Assembly: GCA_965246885.1 (NCBI GenBank)
Contig: OZ251992.1
Span: 2,240,001-2,304,000 of the forward strand
Length of the DNA stretch: 64,000 nucleotides
Origin: Abditibacterium sp.
GTDB lineage: Bacteria > Armatimonadota > Abditibacteriia > Abditibacteriales > Abditibacteriaceae
Reading direction: 5' to 3'
Both the position numbers and the translations under genes were made by a program. Positions 16,538 through 26,300 of this stretch are shown piece after piece. Every line of letters begins with the position of its first letter. Position 1 is the stretch's first letter. Under the pieces are notes generated by a model. It did no database searches. It was not told the origin of the DNA and saw only the letters and a program-made list of their open reading frames with translations.

Positions 16538-18088
16538 TCAGGCTTTCTCGACGGTGATGCGATCTATCTCGTCGCCGAATTGGTTGATCTGACGCAGGGT
16601 CAGCCGCTTGCCTTCGACATCAAAAACCGTCAGGGAATGGACGTCCGACACGAAACGGGCCACGTAGTCCACATTGCCGTCTTCGGGATGGCGCAACTTG
16701 GCCGGGTTGGTGTTCCATTCGACCTCATTGTCATAGAGATGCTTGCCGCCCGCGCCAGTAACGATGTGAATAACGCCGTTGGCCCGCGTGTTCTTGGCAC
16801 CATCGAAGGCGCGGTCAACGGCGAAGGTGCCGGGCACGAGGCGGTCTTTGGAACCGACGTTTTTGGCGCCCGCCAAATCGGTGGGAGTAAAGCGGAGCGG
16901 CTGGGCGCGCTGGTAGTTGTGCTCGTGGCCGTTGAGCACGAAGTCCACGCCGTGTTTCTCCCATAAAGGATGCAACGCGCGCATGTGCTGGTTGGCGTAG
17001 TGGTCGTCGCCCACGTTGAACGCCGGATGGTGATAGACGACGAATTTCCACCTGGCGTCGGTGGCGGCCAAGTCCTTTTCAATCCACGCTTGCAATGCGG
17101 GGTCGGTCGGGTCTATGTAGAGGTTAGAATCTATGCAGAGGAAGTGAACATCGCCCGCGTCGTAGGAGTAGTTTGCTTGGCGCATCCACCGCGCGCCTGC
17201 GGCTTTTTGGGCAACCGCGAGCATTTCCTTGCCGTTATCGGTATTGGCGAGGGTGGGCGTGGGAAAGGTGGGATCGAAGCCATTCAGGGGCAAGTGGAGC
17301 GACGTATAATAGGCGAGCGAGTCTGGATTTTTGTCGAAATCGGCGACGGGGTGCTTTTTGGCGTCCTTGCCGTGACAGTCGTGGTTGGCGATGACTGAGT
17401 AGAACGGCACGCTGCGCAAAAGCGGCGCTCCAATGCGCGGGGCCGCTTCGTCGGCGTTGTAAACCGGAAAGAAGTATCGCGCGTATTCGTCGTCCAATCC
17501 GTCCTCATACACATTGTCTCCCGTGTTCATCACGAAATCGGGGTTCTGCTTGTAGGCCTGATACGCGATCATGTGGTCGGACAGATCGCCGAAGGAGTTG
17601 TCGCCAAACGCCACGAAGCGAATTTTCTGGCCGCGCCCGCGCCGGGTGGTGCCGTAACCTTCGAGGATGGTTTGGCCGTTGCAAGAAACGCGGTAGAACA
17701 CTTTCTGGCCCAATTTCAAGCCCTGCAAGGAAGTCGAGTAGTTGAAGCGCAGTTCGCCGTCGCCTGCACTACCCGACCAACGGCGCACGACGGAGACCGG
17801 CGCCATCTGGCCGTAGGACTTATTCGCGCCGTAAACGACTTGAAAGTCGCCCGCGTCGAGCGTCTGCCACGCGACGACAAGTGACTCTTGCCCATCGCGC
17901 AACGTCGGGTTGTCGCCGGGTTGAAGATACGGCAAAACCGAGAAAATCGGCAAGCGGGAGTTGGGGTTGGACTTCGGCTGGAACTTGCGCCCCGCCGCGA
18001 ACAAGCCGGAGCCAAGCGGGGTGAGGGCCAGAAACGTGACGCCGCCCGCACTTTGCAGAAACCGGCGCCGGGAGATGGAGTTGGACAT
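16538..18088 (-). CDS. Tat-exported metallophosphoesterase (purple acid phosphatase-like)
   Basis: Start reassigned to ATG 18088 (MSNSISRRRFLQ twin-arginine signal); motifs FGDNS, GDNVY, ANHD, YHHP, NGHEHNY. Confidence 0.9.
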   Translation of the reverse strand: MSNSISRRRFLQSAGGVTFLALTPLGSGLFAAGRKFQPKSNPNSRLPIFSVLPYLQPGDNPTLRDGQESLVVAWQTLDAGDFQVVYGANKSYGQMAPVSVVRRWSGSAGDGELRFNYSTSLQGLKLGQKVFYRVSCNGQTILEGYGTTRRGRGQKIRFVAFGDNSFGDLSDHMIAYQAYKQNPDFVMNTGDNVYEDGLDDEYARYFFPVYNADEAAPRIGAPLLRSVPFYSVIANHDCHGKDAKKHPVADFDKNPDSLAYYTSLHLPLNGFDPTFPTPTLANTDNGKEMLAVAQKAAGARWMRQANYSYDAGDVHFLCIDSNLYIDPTDPALQAWIEKDLAATDARWKFVVYHHPAFNVGDDHYANQHMRALHPLWEKHGVDFVLNGHEHNYQRAQPLRFTPTDLAGAKNVGSKDRLVPGTFAVDRAFDGAKNTRANGVIHIVTGAGGKHLYDNEVEWNTNPAKLRHPEDGNVDYVARFVSDVHSLTVFDVEGKRLTLRQINQFGDEIDRITVEKA

Positions 18089-18114
18089 AATGAGTTTGAT
18101 AGAAGGGTCAAGGA

Positions 18115-18146
18115 AAAGCCCCGCGTGAAAGGTCAAGCGGGGCTTT
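18115..18146 (-). terminator. hairpin/terminator after the DUF1559 gene
   Basis: AAAGCCCCGC ... GCGGGGCTTT stem. Confidence 0.6.
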
Positions 18147-18162
18147 GGGTTGTGGGCGGCAG

Positions 18163-19089
18163 TTAGTTGTTGTTGCGCTCGACTCCCGCAGTGTTGCACG
18201 AGCCGTCACCGTTTTTGTTGTATCCGGGCTGGCTTGCATTACGAATCGGCGAGTAAGTTGGGCCATCGCAAAAACTCTCCGATTGGGCTTTGCTGAGCAA
18301 CGCTTTAACGTGGCCATCAGCAAAAGCGTATGGCGTAGCACTATCGTGCATCCGTTTGAAGCCGTCCTTACCCGCAGTCGCATTTGACCAGTTATTGAGG
18401 TAGCAGTGCATGACCATCGTCTCCGAGGGACGTGCGAAATAGCTCACGGACATCGGATAAGGAGGATCGTTCTTACGGTCCGTAGTGGACGCAGCGCAAT
18501 TTGTCGTTCCGCAACCCATCGTCACAGGAAAGACCGATTTATCCCATTTAGGCGCAGTGCCTTTGTCCGCTACCGAAGTGTATTTTTTGGGGTAAGCGTA
18601 AGTAACATCGTGCGGTGAAAGGGAAAAGCTGTCGAAGTTGAACTTGTAAGAAGTTCCGTAAGCCTGCCAGCCTGTGTAGCTCAACGGCACCTTCACGCCT
18701 GCTGATAGAGCAGTATTCGCGCCGCCGCTGTAGTCAAGAAAACCGGAGTCGTCAGGGCATTGGAACACCTGTTTGCTCTTGATGTAAGGAGCAATCATAA
18801 CGGGGACACCAAACTCTTGAGTGATAGGGGCTTGGCCAATCATGTCGGAACCAGCGCCATCGGCGGTCTTTACGCACAGCGGCATCATCTCATCGTAATC
18901 CTGAGAATACTGCATGATTCCCAGATTGAACTGTTTCAGGTTACTAACACAAGTAGATCTACGAGCGTTCTCACGAGCGCGAGCGAAAGCTGGGAACAAG
19001 ATAGCTGCTAACAAAGCGATGATGGCAATGACGACGAGAAGCTCTATGAGCGTGAAAGCGCCGGAGCGAGTGCGATTGGAAACGGACAT
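18163..19089 (-). CDS. DUF1559 / prepilin-type N-terminal cleavage-methylation protein with H-X9-DG motif
   Basis: [64 protein letters not shown]. Confidence 0.92.
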   Translation of the reverse strand: MSVSNRTRSGAFTLIELLVVIAIIALLAAILFPAFARARENARRSTCVSNLKQFNLGIMQYSQDYDEMMPLCVKTADGAGSDMIGQAPITQEFGVPVMIAPYIKSKQVFQCPDDSGFLDYSGGANTALSAGVKVPLSYTGWQAYGTSYKFNFDSFSLSPHDVTYAYPKKYTSVADKGTAPKWDKSVFPVTMGCGTTNCAASTTDRKNDPPYPMSVSYFARPSETMVMHCYLNNWSNATAGKDGFKRMHDSATPYAFADGHVKALLSKAQSESFCDGPTYSPIRNASQPGYNKNGDGSCNTAGVERNNN

Positions 19090-19196
19090 ATGAATCGCTT
19101 ATTCATTGTGCGGCCCAAAGGTTATGCCTACATTAAGAGCCGCTTTGAATAAACGAATTGAACTTATTCTAAGAGAAGGGAGTTTCTCTCCTCCTT

Positions 19197-20813
19197 TTAG
19201 GCGACGCGGCGCTCGGAGAAATGGCCTTTGATGTGGGTGTTGACGAAGGCGCCCTTGGAGTCGTCTTGCAGGAAGCGGATGTAAAGTTCGGGCGGCACGC
19301 CGCGATATTCGTAGACGCCGCCGCCTTGCCACTTGAGGGTGAGGGCGCGCTTTTCGATGTCGTAGGACTGCTCGGAGATGGCGCTCGAACTGACGACGGC
19401 ACGTTCGGGGCGCAGTAAGGGGAACAGCACGACCTCGCGGATAGAGTCGTTGCCGGTCAGGAGCATGACCAAGCGGTCAATGCCGATGCCCAAACCCGCG
19501 CAGGGCGGCAGGCCGTATTGCAGGGCGCGGACATAGTCGTCGTCGTAGGCCTGCGCTTCCATATCGCCCTTGGCTTTTTGGCGGGCTTGCCCGCGGAACC
19601 GCTCGGCTTGGTCTACCGGGTCGTTCAGTTCCGAGAAGGCGTTGCCGATCTCGAAGCCGTCAATGAATAGCTCGAAGCGGTAGGTGAAGCGCGGGTCGGC
19701 GTTGGTCTTCTTGGCGAGGGGCGAGTTCTCGATGGGGAAGTCCATCACGAACGTCGGCGCGACGAGGGTGCCCTCGACGTGCTTCTCGAAAGCGTCTATC
19801 AAGGAGGTGCCCGTGAGGTAAACGCCGATTTTCTCGTAGACCAAATCCTGCATCGTCGCCCGCTTCCAAGGCTGGGCCAAGTCAACGGCGCCCTCTTGAA
19901 TTGTGGTAGTGCCATTGACGGCGAGTGCGATGTCGCGGACGAGGGACTCGGTCAAATCCATCATGTCGTGGTAGTCGGCGAAGGCTTGGTAGCACTCCAT
20001 CATGGTGAATTCGGGGTTGTGCGTGGTGTCCACGCCTTCGTTGCGGAAGTTGCGGTTGATCTCATAGACGCGCTCCAAACCGCCCACGACGAGGCGCTTG
20101 AGATACAACTCCGGCGCGATGCGCAGGAAAAGCGGGATGTCGAAAGCGTTGTGGTGGGTAATGAAAGGGCGCGCCGCCGCGCCGCCGGGGATGGCCTGCA
20201 TCATCGGCGTTTCGACTTCCATAAAGCCGCGTCCGTCCAAGATGCGCCGCATTTCGCGCACGATTTGGCTCCGCTTCTTAAAGACCTCGACCACTTCATC
20301 GTTGGCCAGTAGGTCGGCGTAGCGTTGCCGGTAGCGCAATTCGACATCCTGCAAGCCATGATACTTGTCGGGGAGCGGCTGGACGGAGACGGCGAGCAGT
20401 TCCCAGTCGGAAACGAACAGCGACGGCTCGCCCGACCGCGATTTGCCAACGGTGCCAGTCACGCCGAGGATGTCGCCCAAATCGAGCGCTTTCCACTCGG
20501 TCATCCGCTCTTCCCCTAAGCGGTCTATCTGCGCGATGAGTTGCAGCTTGCCCGACGGGTCATGCAAATCGGCGAAAGCGATCTTCCCCTGCCCTCGCCG
20601 CGACTTGATGCGGCCCGCCAAGCGCACCTCCTGCCCGTCGAGTGCCGCGACACCCTCGACAATATCCGCCGCGAGATGCGTGCGGTCGAAGCGCGTTTGC
20701 GCGTAAGGGTCGCGGTTCTCGTCCTTAAGACGCTGCAAGCGGTCAAAGCGCAGTTGCACGATTTCCGAGTCCATCTCGGTTGCGAAGGCGGGGGTTTCCG
20801 GTTTTGTTGACAT
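19197..20813 (-). CDS. lysS: class II lysine--tRNA ligase with C-terminal KTSC domain
   Basis: OB anticodon domain, GGAAARPFITHHN, LRIAPELYLKRL, FRNEG..HNPEFTMME, GLGIGIDRL; tail SSSAISEQSYD..VYEYRGVP..SKGAFVNTHIKG. Start ATG 20813. Confidence 0.97.
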   Translation of the reverse strand: MSTKPETPAFATEMDSEIVQLRFDRLQRLKDENRDPYAQTRFDRTHLAADIVEGVAALDGQEVRLAGRIKSRRGQGKIAFADLHDPSGKLQLIAQIDRLGEERMTEWKALDLGDILGVTGTVGKSRSGEPSLFVSDWELLAVSVQPLPDKYHGLQDVELRYRQRYADLLANDEVVEVFKKRSQIVREMRRILDGRGFMEVETPMMQAIPGGAAARPFITHHNAFDIPLFLRIAPELYLKRLVVGGLERVYEINRNFRNEGVDTTHNPEFTMMECYQAFADYHDMMDLTESLVRDIALAVNGTTTIQEGAVDLAQPWKRATMQDLVYEKIGVYLTGTSLIDAFEKHVEGTLVAPTFVMDFPIENSPLAKKTNADPRFTYRFELFIDGFEIGNAFSELNDPVDQAERFRGQARQKAKGDMEAQAYDDDYVRALQYGLPPCAGLGIGIDRLVMLLTGNDSIREVVLFPLLRPERAVVSSSAISEQSYDIEKRALTLKWQGGGVYEYRGVPPELYIRFLQDDSKGAFVNTHIKGHFSERRVA

Positions 20814-20879
20814 AGTGCGCAAGTCTAAAGCGTGAGCGCGAAAGGAGAAAGCCGCACCTTTTCGTTGTGAAAAGTCGAG

Positions 20880-22349
20880 TTACAGGGCGGCGGTCACATC
20901 CCGCCAGAAGTTGAAGCCTGATAGCGCTGCCGCGACGGTGCCTTGGCCGGGAAAAACCGAGTCGCCAATGCACCATAGCCCCGGCGCGATGCGACTCGAA
21001 ACCGCGCGCAGGTTGGCGTTGCGGCGCGTGAGCGGGAAGCCGCCCACGCCGCCCCGGAAGCGATGGGTATACGACTCCCACGTTGAAGGCGTGCCGCAGA
21101 TAACGAACTTGGCATGGGCATCGAAATCAGGGAGCGCGACGCGGACGCCGTCCAGAAGTCGCTCGCGCCACTCGCGCTTGTGGGCGCGGTAGCTCTTGGC
21201 GTCGAGGCCGTCCCATTCGCCCAACCGGGTGTGCGTCGAAACGTTGAGGGCGCGGAAGCCGGACGGGGCTTGCAGCATATCGCCGGGCGAGGAGACCGAA
21301 AGAAACACGTCGCGTCCATCTCCCAGACGCGCACCGTAGTCGCGCAAGACTTGGGCGTGCAAGCCAAAGTCGGATGGAATCGCCGCGTCCGCGACGGCAC
21401 AGTACAGGTTGACGGCGCCCCACTGTTCCCGTCCGCGTTCGATGTTGCGCTTCAAGCGTGGCGCTTCCAACTGCGCGGCTTCGCGCAGCGATTCGAGTCC
21501 GCCGTTCCACGCGACGACGGGCGCGCACCACTGCCCGCGCGAAGTCGTCACTTGCCAGCCGCCCGCGCATCGTTCAAGCGCAAGGGCGCGGGTCTTGAAC
21601 TCGATTGTCCCGCCGCGTTCGAGAAATACTTCGCTCATCTGGCGGCACAATTCGCCCACGCCGCCGCGCAAGTGAAAGGCGCCATGCCGCCACAAGTTCA
21701 ATCCCGCCGCGCCGTTAAGGAAGGGCGTCTCGTCGGCGCCCGCTTGGGTCGTGATGCCCAGCGCCAACTCGACGAGCGCCCGAAATGCCCGATCGTGGTG
21801 AATGTGGAGGGCGCGCATCACCTCACGGACGGTGGGCAGTTGCGCCGGGAGAAGCGGCCACAAGCGCGGGGAAACGAGGCGCAAATTGCGCCGGATGTCG
21901 GCCCAGCGTTCCAATGGCAGCGAAGGATGACGGCTCAGTGACTCAAACCCCGCGTCGGCAACGGCTTCTTGCATCTTCCAAAAGAGCGTTTGCCCGTAGG
22001 TGTGACCACCCAAACGCCGCCGCTCGCGGCGCCACACGCGCGGGTCGTGCGCTATGAAGATGCTCCGGTCGGGCAAATGAACGCGCAGCCCGTCTATCGG
22101 CCCGAAGGACGGCAACTCGGCGCCGACCATCTCGAATATCTGCCGGTGCAAGCCGCCCTCTTCCAAGCCCAGCACGGCTGTCGCGCCGGTTGGGAAGGTG
22201 GTGTCGCCTGCCGCGAAGTAGCCCGCACAACCGCCGACTTTGTCGTGGCCTTCGAGCACCGTCACTCGCGCGCCGGAGTGCTGAAGCAGCAAAGCGGCAG
22301 AAAGTCCGGCACTTCCGGCGCCAACAATGAGAACGTCTGGGGCAGTCAC
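20880..22349 (-). CDS. FAD-dependent oxidoreductase, phytoene desaturase/CrtD-like
   Basis: IVGAGSAGLSAA..GGCAGYF..FPTGAT; C-terminal IGDSVFPGQGTVAAALSG. Confidence 0.85.
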   Translation of the reverse strand: MTAPDVLIVGAGSAGLSAALLLQHSGARVTVLEGHDKVGGCAGYFAAGDTTFPTGATAVLGLEEGGLHRQIFEMVGAELPSFGPIDGLRVHLPDRSIFIAHDPRVWRRERRRLGGHTYGQTLFWKMQEAVADAGFESLSRHPSLPLERWADIRRNLRLVSPRLWPLLPAQLPTVREVMRALHIHHDRAFRALVELALGITTQAGADETPFLNGAAGLNLWRHGAFHLRGGVGELCRQMSEVFLERGGTIEFKTRALALERCAGGWQVTTSRGQWCAPVVAWNGGLESLREAAQLEAPRLKRNIERGREQWGAVNLYCAVADAAIPSDFGLHAQVLRDYGARLGDGRDVFLSVSSPGDMLQAPSGFRALNVSTHTRLGEWDGLDAKSYRAHKREWRERLLDGVRVALPDFDAHAKFVICGTPSTWESYTHRFRGGVGGFPLTRRNANLRAVSSRIAPGLWCIGDSVFPGQGTVAAALSGFNFWRDVTAAL

Positions 22350-22406
22350 GCCTAATCCAACGACAAACCCCGTGCCCTGCCCCGGCGTTCCCCTTGTAAG
22401 TGCGCT

Positions 22407-22994
22407 TCAAGTCTGCCCTTCACTCTTCGGAACGCGCACTTTGGCGAAGAAGAGAGCGTCGGACAACTGGCCGAAGTTGTCGCGGTAGGAGTGTTTGAGG
22501 TGGGCTTCTTGCTCGAATCCGGCGCGGCGGGCTACGTTTGAGGACGCGGTGTTGCGGGCGTTGCAGCGAATTTCCAAGCGCGCGAGGTCGAGTTCCTCCC
22601 ACGCGAACTGCTCCAAGCGCGTGACGGCTTCGGCCACCAAGCCGCGCCCGGCGAAGTCGGCGCCAATCCAATACGCCAACTGCGCGGATGGCACTTGCCA
22701 CTGAATCGTGTGGACGGCGCTGTTGCCGACGAATTGGCCGTCCAAGAAGAGGCGGAAGTCGAGACTCTCGCGGTCGTGCCACTCCCACAGCGCGCGGCGG
22801 CACCACAACTTGGTTTCCTCGAACGTGGGAACCGTTTTGGCCCACGACATCCAAGGGTGCAAATGGGCGTGCGAAGCGACAACAGCCGGGTGCATAAAGT
22901 CGGCATCGCCCGGCGTGGGCGCGCGCATTTCCAAACGCGGGGAATGGAGCAAGGTCGGGAAGTCGCGGATCATCGCGCGCTCGCGGTGGGTCAT
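22407..22994 (-). CDS. GNAT N-acetyltransferase, RimJ/RimL family
   Basis: HLHPWMSWA, LAYWIGADFAGRGLVAEA, RLEIRCNARNTAS. Confidence 0.9.
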   Translation of the reverse strand: MTHRERAMIRDFPTLLHSPRLEMRAPTPGDADFMHPAVVASHAHLHPWMSWAKTVPTFEETKLWCRRALWEWHDRESLDFRLFLDGQFVGNSAVHTIQWQVPSAQLAYWIGADFAGRGLVAEAVTRLEQFAWEELDLARLEIRCNARNTASSNVARRAGFEQEAHLKHSYRDNFGQLSDALFFAKVRVPKSEGQT

Positions 22995-23043
22995 CGCGCC
23001 CTTTTCGTTCCAGTTTGGGGCCGACTCTTAAACTGCCCTCCCA

Positions 23044-23532
23044 GTGAAGATCGCCATTTACCCCGGCACGTTCGACCCCATCACGCGCGGGCACCTCGAT
23101 GTCTTGGACGAAGCCTCTCTCGTCTTCGACCGCGTCGTCGCGGCGGTGGGCGTTAATCCGCACAAAGTCGCGCTGTTCAGCGAAGCCGAGCGCGTCGAAA
23201 TGCTCGCCGACGCCATCCGCGAGGGCGGTTGGAACAACGTCTTCGCGGCCTCGTTTTCGGGCTTGACGGTGGACTTCGCGCGCGAGCAAAACGCTGGGTT
23301 CATCGTGCGGGGGCTACGCGCCGTCACCGACTTCGAGAACGAGATGGCTCTCGTGCTCGCCAACGAACAATTAGACCCCGCTATCAAAACCGTCTTCCTG
23401 CTTCCCTCCCATCGCCACCTCTACCTCAGTTCCAGCGTCGTGCGCCAAGCAGCGGAGCTTGGCCCCCGCATCATCCCCGGAAGCGTGCCCACGATGGTCG
23501 AAGCGAAACTCAAGGAGAAGTTCGGGTTTTAG
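23044..23532 (+). CDS. coaD: phosphopantetheine adenylyltransferase
   Basis: IAIYPGTFDPITRGHLD, IVRGLRAVTDFENE, LSSSVVR. Confidence 0.97.
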   Translation: MKIAIYPGTFDPITRGHLDVLDEASLVFDRVVAAVGVNPHKVALFSEAERVEMLADAIREGGWNNVFAASFSGLTVDFAREQNAGFIVRGLRAVTDFENEMALVLANEQLDPAIKTVFLLPSHRHLYLSSSVVRQAAELGPRIIPGSVPTMVEAKLKEKFGF

Positions 23533-23534
23533 GA

Positions 23535-23593
23535 TGTGGGGTTTAGGGTTTGAGGGTTTAAACACTCCAAGCCCCGAACTCCAAACACCACAC
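23535..23593. repeat. inverted heptamer-repeat hairpin (STRR-like)
   Basis: GGTTTAG GGTTTGA GGGTTTA followed by ACTCCAA GCCCCGA ACTCCAA ACACCAC. Confidence 0.6.
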
Positions 23594-23595
23594 AA

Positions 23596-24300
23596 ATGCT
23601 GTCCATCCGTAACCTGCGCGTGCGCTACGGCCCCATCGAAGCCCTACACGACGTTTCACTCGACGTCGAAGAGGGCGAAGTGGTGACGCTGATTGGCTCC
23701 AACGGCGCGGGCAAAACGACGACGCTGGGCGCCATATCGGGCTTGCTGCCCTTGGCGGGCGGCTCGATTACCTTCGACGGGCGCGACATTTCCGCACTGC
23801 CCGCTCACAAGCGCGTGCCGCTTGGTCTGATTCAAGTCCCTGAAGGCCGCCGCATCTTCGGGACGATGAGCGTGGCCGAGAACCTCGACTTGGGCGCCTA
23901 CGCCCGCACCGACCGCGCCAACCTGCGCGCGGAACTGGACGAGGTCTATGCCCTCTTCCCCCGCTTGTTGGAGCGGCGCGGTCAAGCGGCGGGCACGATG
24001 AGCGGCGGCGAGCAGCAAATGCTCGCCGTTGGCCGCGCCCTGATGAGCCGCCCCAAACTGCTTCTGTTGGATGAGCCATCCCTTGGCCTTGCGCCTTTGC
24101 TGGTCAAAGAAATCTTCGCCGTCGTCAAACGCATCCGCGAGCGCGGCGTCACCGTCTTGCTCGTCGAGCAAAACGCGCACAAGGCCCTCGAAATCGCCGA
24201 CCGCGCCTACGTGTTGGAGACCGGCCACATCGCCATGAGCGGCAACGCCAAAGAGTTGGCCCGCGACCCACGCATCAAAGCCGCTTACTTGGGCGCTTGA
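23596..24300 (+). CDS. branched-chain amino acid ABC transporter ATP-binding protein (LivF-like)
   Basis: GSNGAGKTT, VPEGRRIF, MSGGEQQMLA, LLLDEPSLGLAP, LLVEQNA. Confidence 0.93.
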   Translation: MLSIRNLRVRYGPIEALHDVSLDVEEGEVVTLIGSNGAGKTTTLGAISGLLPLAGGSITFDGRDISALPAHKRVPLGLIQVPEGRRIFGTMSVAENLDLGAYARTDRANLRAELDEVYALFPRLLERRGQAAGTMSGGEQQMLAVGRALMSRPKLLLLDEPSLGLAPLLVKEIFAVVKRIRERGVTVLLVEQNAHKALEIADRAYVLETGHIAMSGNAKELARDPRIKAAYLGA

Positions 24301-24312
24301 ATCCTTGAATCT

Positions 24313-25428
24313 ATGAAGCGCATTTTTTGGTTGTGGCCCCTTTGTTTGCTCCTGTCGGGCTGTTTCGATGTTTCGCCGGATGGCACAACCGTCGCCGTGT
24401 CGGGCATGCTTTGGCCGCAGACGTCCCAAACGCTTCGCGCAACGGAGCCAAAGCGCTCACATTATCCGATGTGGCTCGTCAAAACAAACGGAAGCGGGGC
24501 GCGTAAAGTCTCTGGCGGTGACAACGGTTTCTTTCCTGTGTTCTCGCCGGATGGCAAATGGCTGCTGTTCCGTGTGGCCTCGCCAAAGTCCTCCACAACC
24601 GACGGCTGGACTCTCGCCCGCAGCGATGGAGAAGCGCCTCGCGCTTTCGATTTCAGTGTCCCGCACGTTGTCCAAGCGGTCTGGAGCCGCGATTCGCGTT
24701 CAGTCTTTGGCTTTACCCTTGAAAGGGGTTCTATGGGAGGAGTTGACCACATCGTTAAACGAGACAAAGAGGGATTGCGTCCGGCGCAGAATTGGTCTTT
24801 GGGGAGCGTGAGCGTCGAGCCAAGCCCCTGCGCGTTTGAAACGGCCTCCAACGGTTTCGTGTTCTTGGGAAATAAACGCGGGCGCAGCGACCTCTACGCG
24901 CTGCAAAGAGAAGGCGTGCGCGCGCTCACATCAACGGGCGATGTCGTCGGTGCGGGCCAAAACGCGCGGGGCGATATTCTCTGGGCGCGCGTCGGTTCTG
25001 GGCTAAGTGGCGCGTCTATGCTTCGCTTGTTCCGACGGCGGGGAGCAACGGTCGAACAACTGCCGTTTGTTTTTCGCGGGTCAGCCCCAGTGGTTTCGCC
25101 GCGCGCACTCGGCGTTTATTTCAGCCCCGGAGGGGAGACGCTCATCGTGGCAGCAAATTACAAGGACGGAAATGGAAGCCGCTCGCTCGCCCACGAGATG
25201 AACCTTGACGGCTCCGGCTCCCACGAACTCTTGCGAGGGCCATACAAAAAGTTACCCGAACAAAGCGACCTTCCCGGCGAGTACTACGTCATTTTGCCGC
25301 GCTGGTCGGTAGACGGCAAAACGCTGTGCCTGTTTTCTGGCGGCACGCGCGAGGGAGGCGCGCTTCGCGTGGGCGACGGACACGGGCATCATCTCCTCGC
25401 ATTGCCGTTTCCAATCAACTACCCATGA
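24313..25428 (+). CDS. TolB-like beta-propeller lipoprotein
   Basis: Lipobox LLLSGC; PD40-like repeats VSPDG, FSPDGKW, WSRDS, FSPGG, WSVDGK. Confidence 0.75.
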   Translation: MKRIFWLWPLCLLLSGCFDVSPDGTTVAVSGMLWPQTSQTLRATEPKRSHYPMWLVKTNGSGARKVSGGDNGFFPVFSPDGKWLLFRVASPKSSTTDGWTLARSDGEAPRAFDFSVPHVVQAVWSRDSRSVFGFTLERGSMGGVDHIVKRDKEGLRPAQNWSLGSVSVEPSPCAFETASNGFVFLGNKRGRSDLYALQREGVRALTSTGDVVGAGQNARGDILWARVGSGLSGASMLRLFRRRGATVEQLPFVFRGSAPVVSPRALGVYFSPGGETLIVAANYKDGNGSRSLAHEMNLDGSGSHELLRGPYKKLPEQSDLPGEYYVILPRWSVDGKTLCLFSGGTREGGALRVGDGHGHHLLALPFPINYP

Positions 25429-26240
25429 ATCTTAAACATCACCGTATCGGTCAAGGCCAGCCGCTTCTACTCATCGCGGGGCCGTGCATTGCGGAATCTC
25501 TCGAACTCTGCCGGACGGTCGCGGCGCATATGGCGCCGCTTTGCGCGGAGTTGGGCGTCAATTACGTGTTCAAAGCGTCGTTTGACAAGGCCAATCGCAC
25601 CAGCATCGCGGGCGGGCGCGGGCCGGGTTTGGGTGGGGGATTGGAAATTCTGGCCAGCATCAAGGCGGAGTTTGGCGTGCCGGTCACAACTGATGTCCAT
25701 GAGTCCTACCAAGCCGAGGTAGTGGCCCCCGTTGTGGACTTGTTGCAAATCCCGGCGTTCCTGTGCCGCCAAACTGATTTGCTGCTGGCCTGCGGTGAGC
25801 AGGCGGCGCGCTTTGGCGGGGCGGTCAACATTAAAAAGGGGCAGTTCCTCAAACCCGCAGGGATGGCGCACGCCCTCGCCAAAGTGCGCGCGGCGGGCTG
25901 CGAGAACGTGCTTCTCACTGAGCGCGGCACCACATTTGGCTACGACTCGCTTGTTGTGGACTTTCGCGGCTTGGAAATTATGCGCGAACTGGCTCCGGTG
26001 TGTTTCGACGCGACGCACTCAGTCCAGAACCCCGGCGGAGGGGGAGATAAGACGACGGGCGAGCGGCGTTTCGTGCCGGGACTGGTGCGCGCCGCGTGTG
26101 CCGTCGGCGTGGATGCCCTTTTCATCGAGACCCACCCCGACCCCTTAAATGCGCCCTCGGATGGGCCGAACATGGTGCCACTCGGAGAAATGCGCCAATT
26201 ATTGGAGCGCGCGCTTCAAATTCGGGACAACGCGGGTTGA
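25425..26240 (+). CDS. kdsA: KDO 8-phosphate synthase
   Basis: LIAGPC, FKASFDKANRTS, QIPAFLCRQTDLL, KKGQF, ERGTTFGY, DATHSVQ, ETHP..SDG; ATG 25425 overlaps the upstream TGA. Confidence 0.96.
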   Translation: MNLKHHRIGQGQPLLLIAGPCIAESLELCRTVAAHMAPLCAELGVNYVFKASFDKANRTSIAGGRGPGLGGGLEILASIKAEFGVPVTTDVHESYQAEVVAPVVDLLQIPAFLCRQTDLLLACGEQAARFGGAVNIKKGQFLKPAGMAHALAKVRAAGCENVLLTERGTTFGYDSLVVDFRGLEIMRELAPVCFDATHSVQNPGGGGDKTTGERRFVPGLVRAACAVGVDALFIETHPDPLNAPSDGPNMVPLGEMRQLLERALQIRDNAG

Positions 26241-26300
26241 CAAGGGGCGCGGGGCGGGCAAACTGAAGGGTACTATTCGCAGCCCGCGCTTTTGACGTCC

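Noticed and set aside
26237..26276. TTGACA...TACTAT promoter for the VanW gene
   Set aside because: Spacer is 28 nt, too long for one sigma70 promoter.
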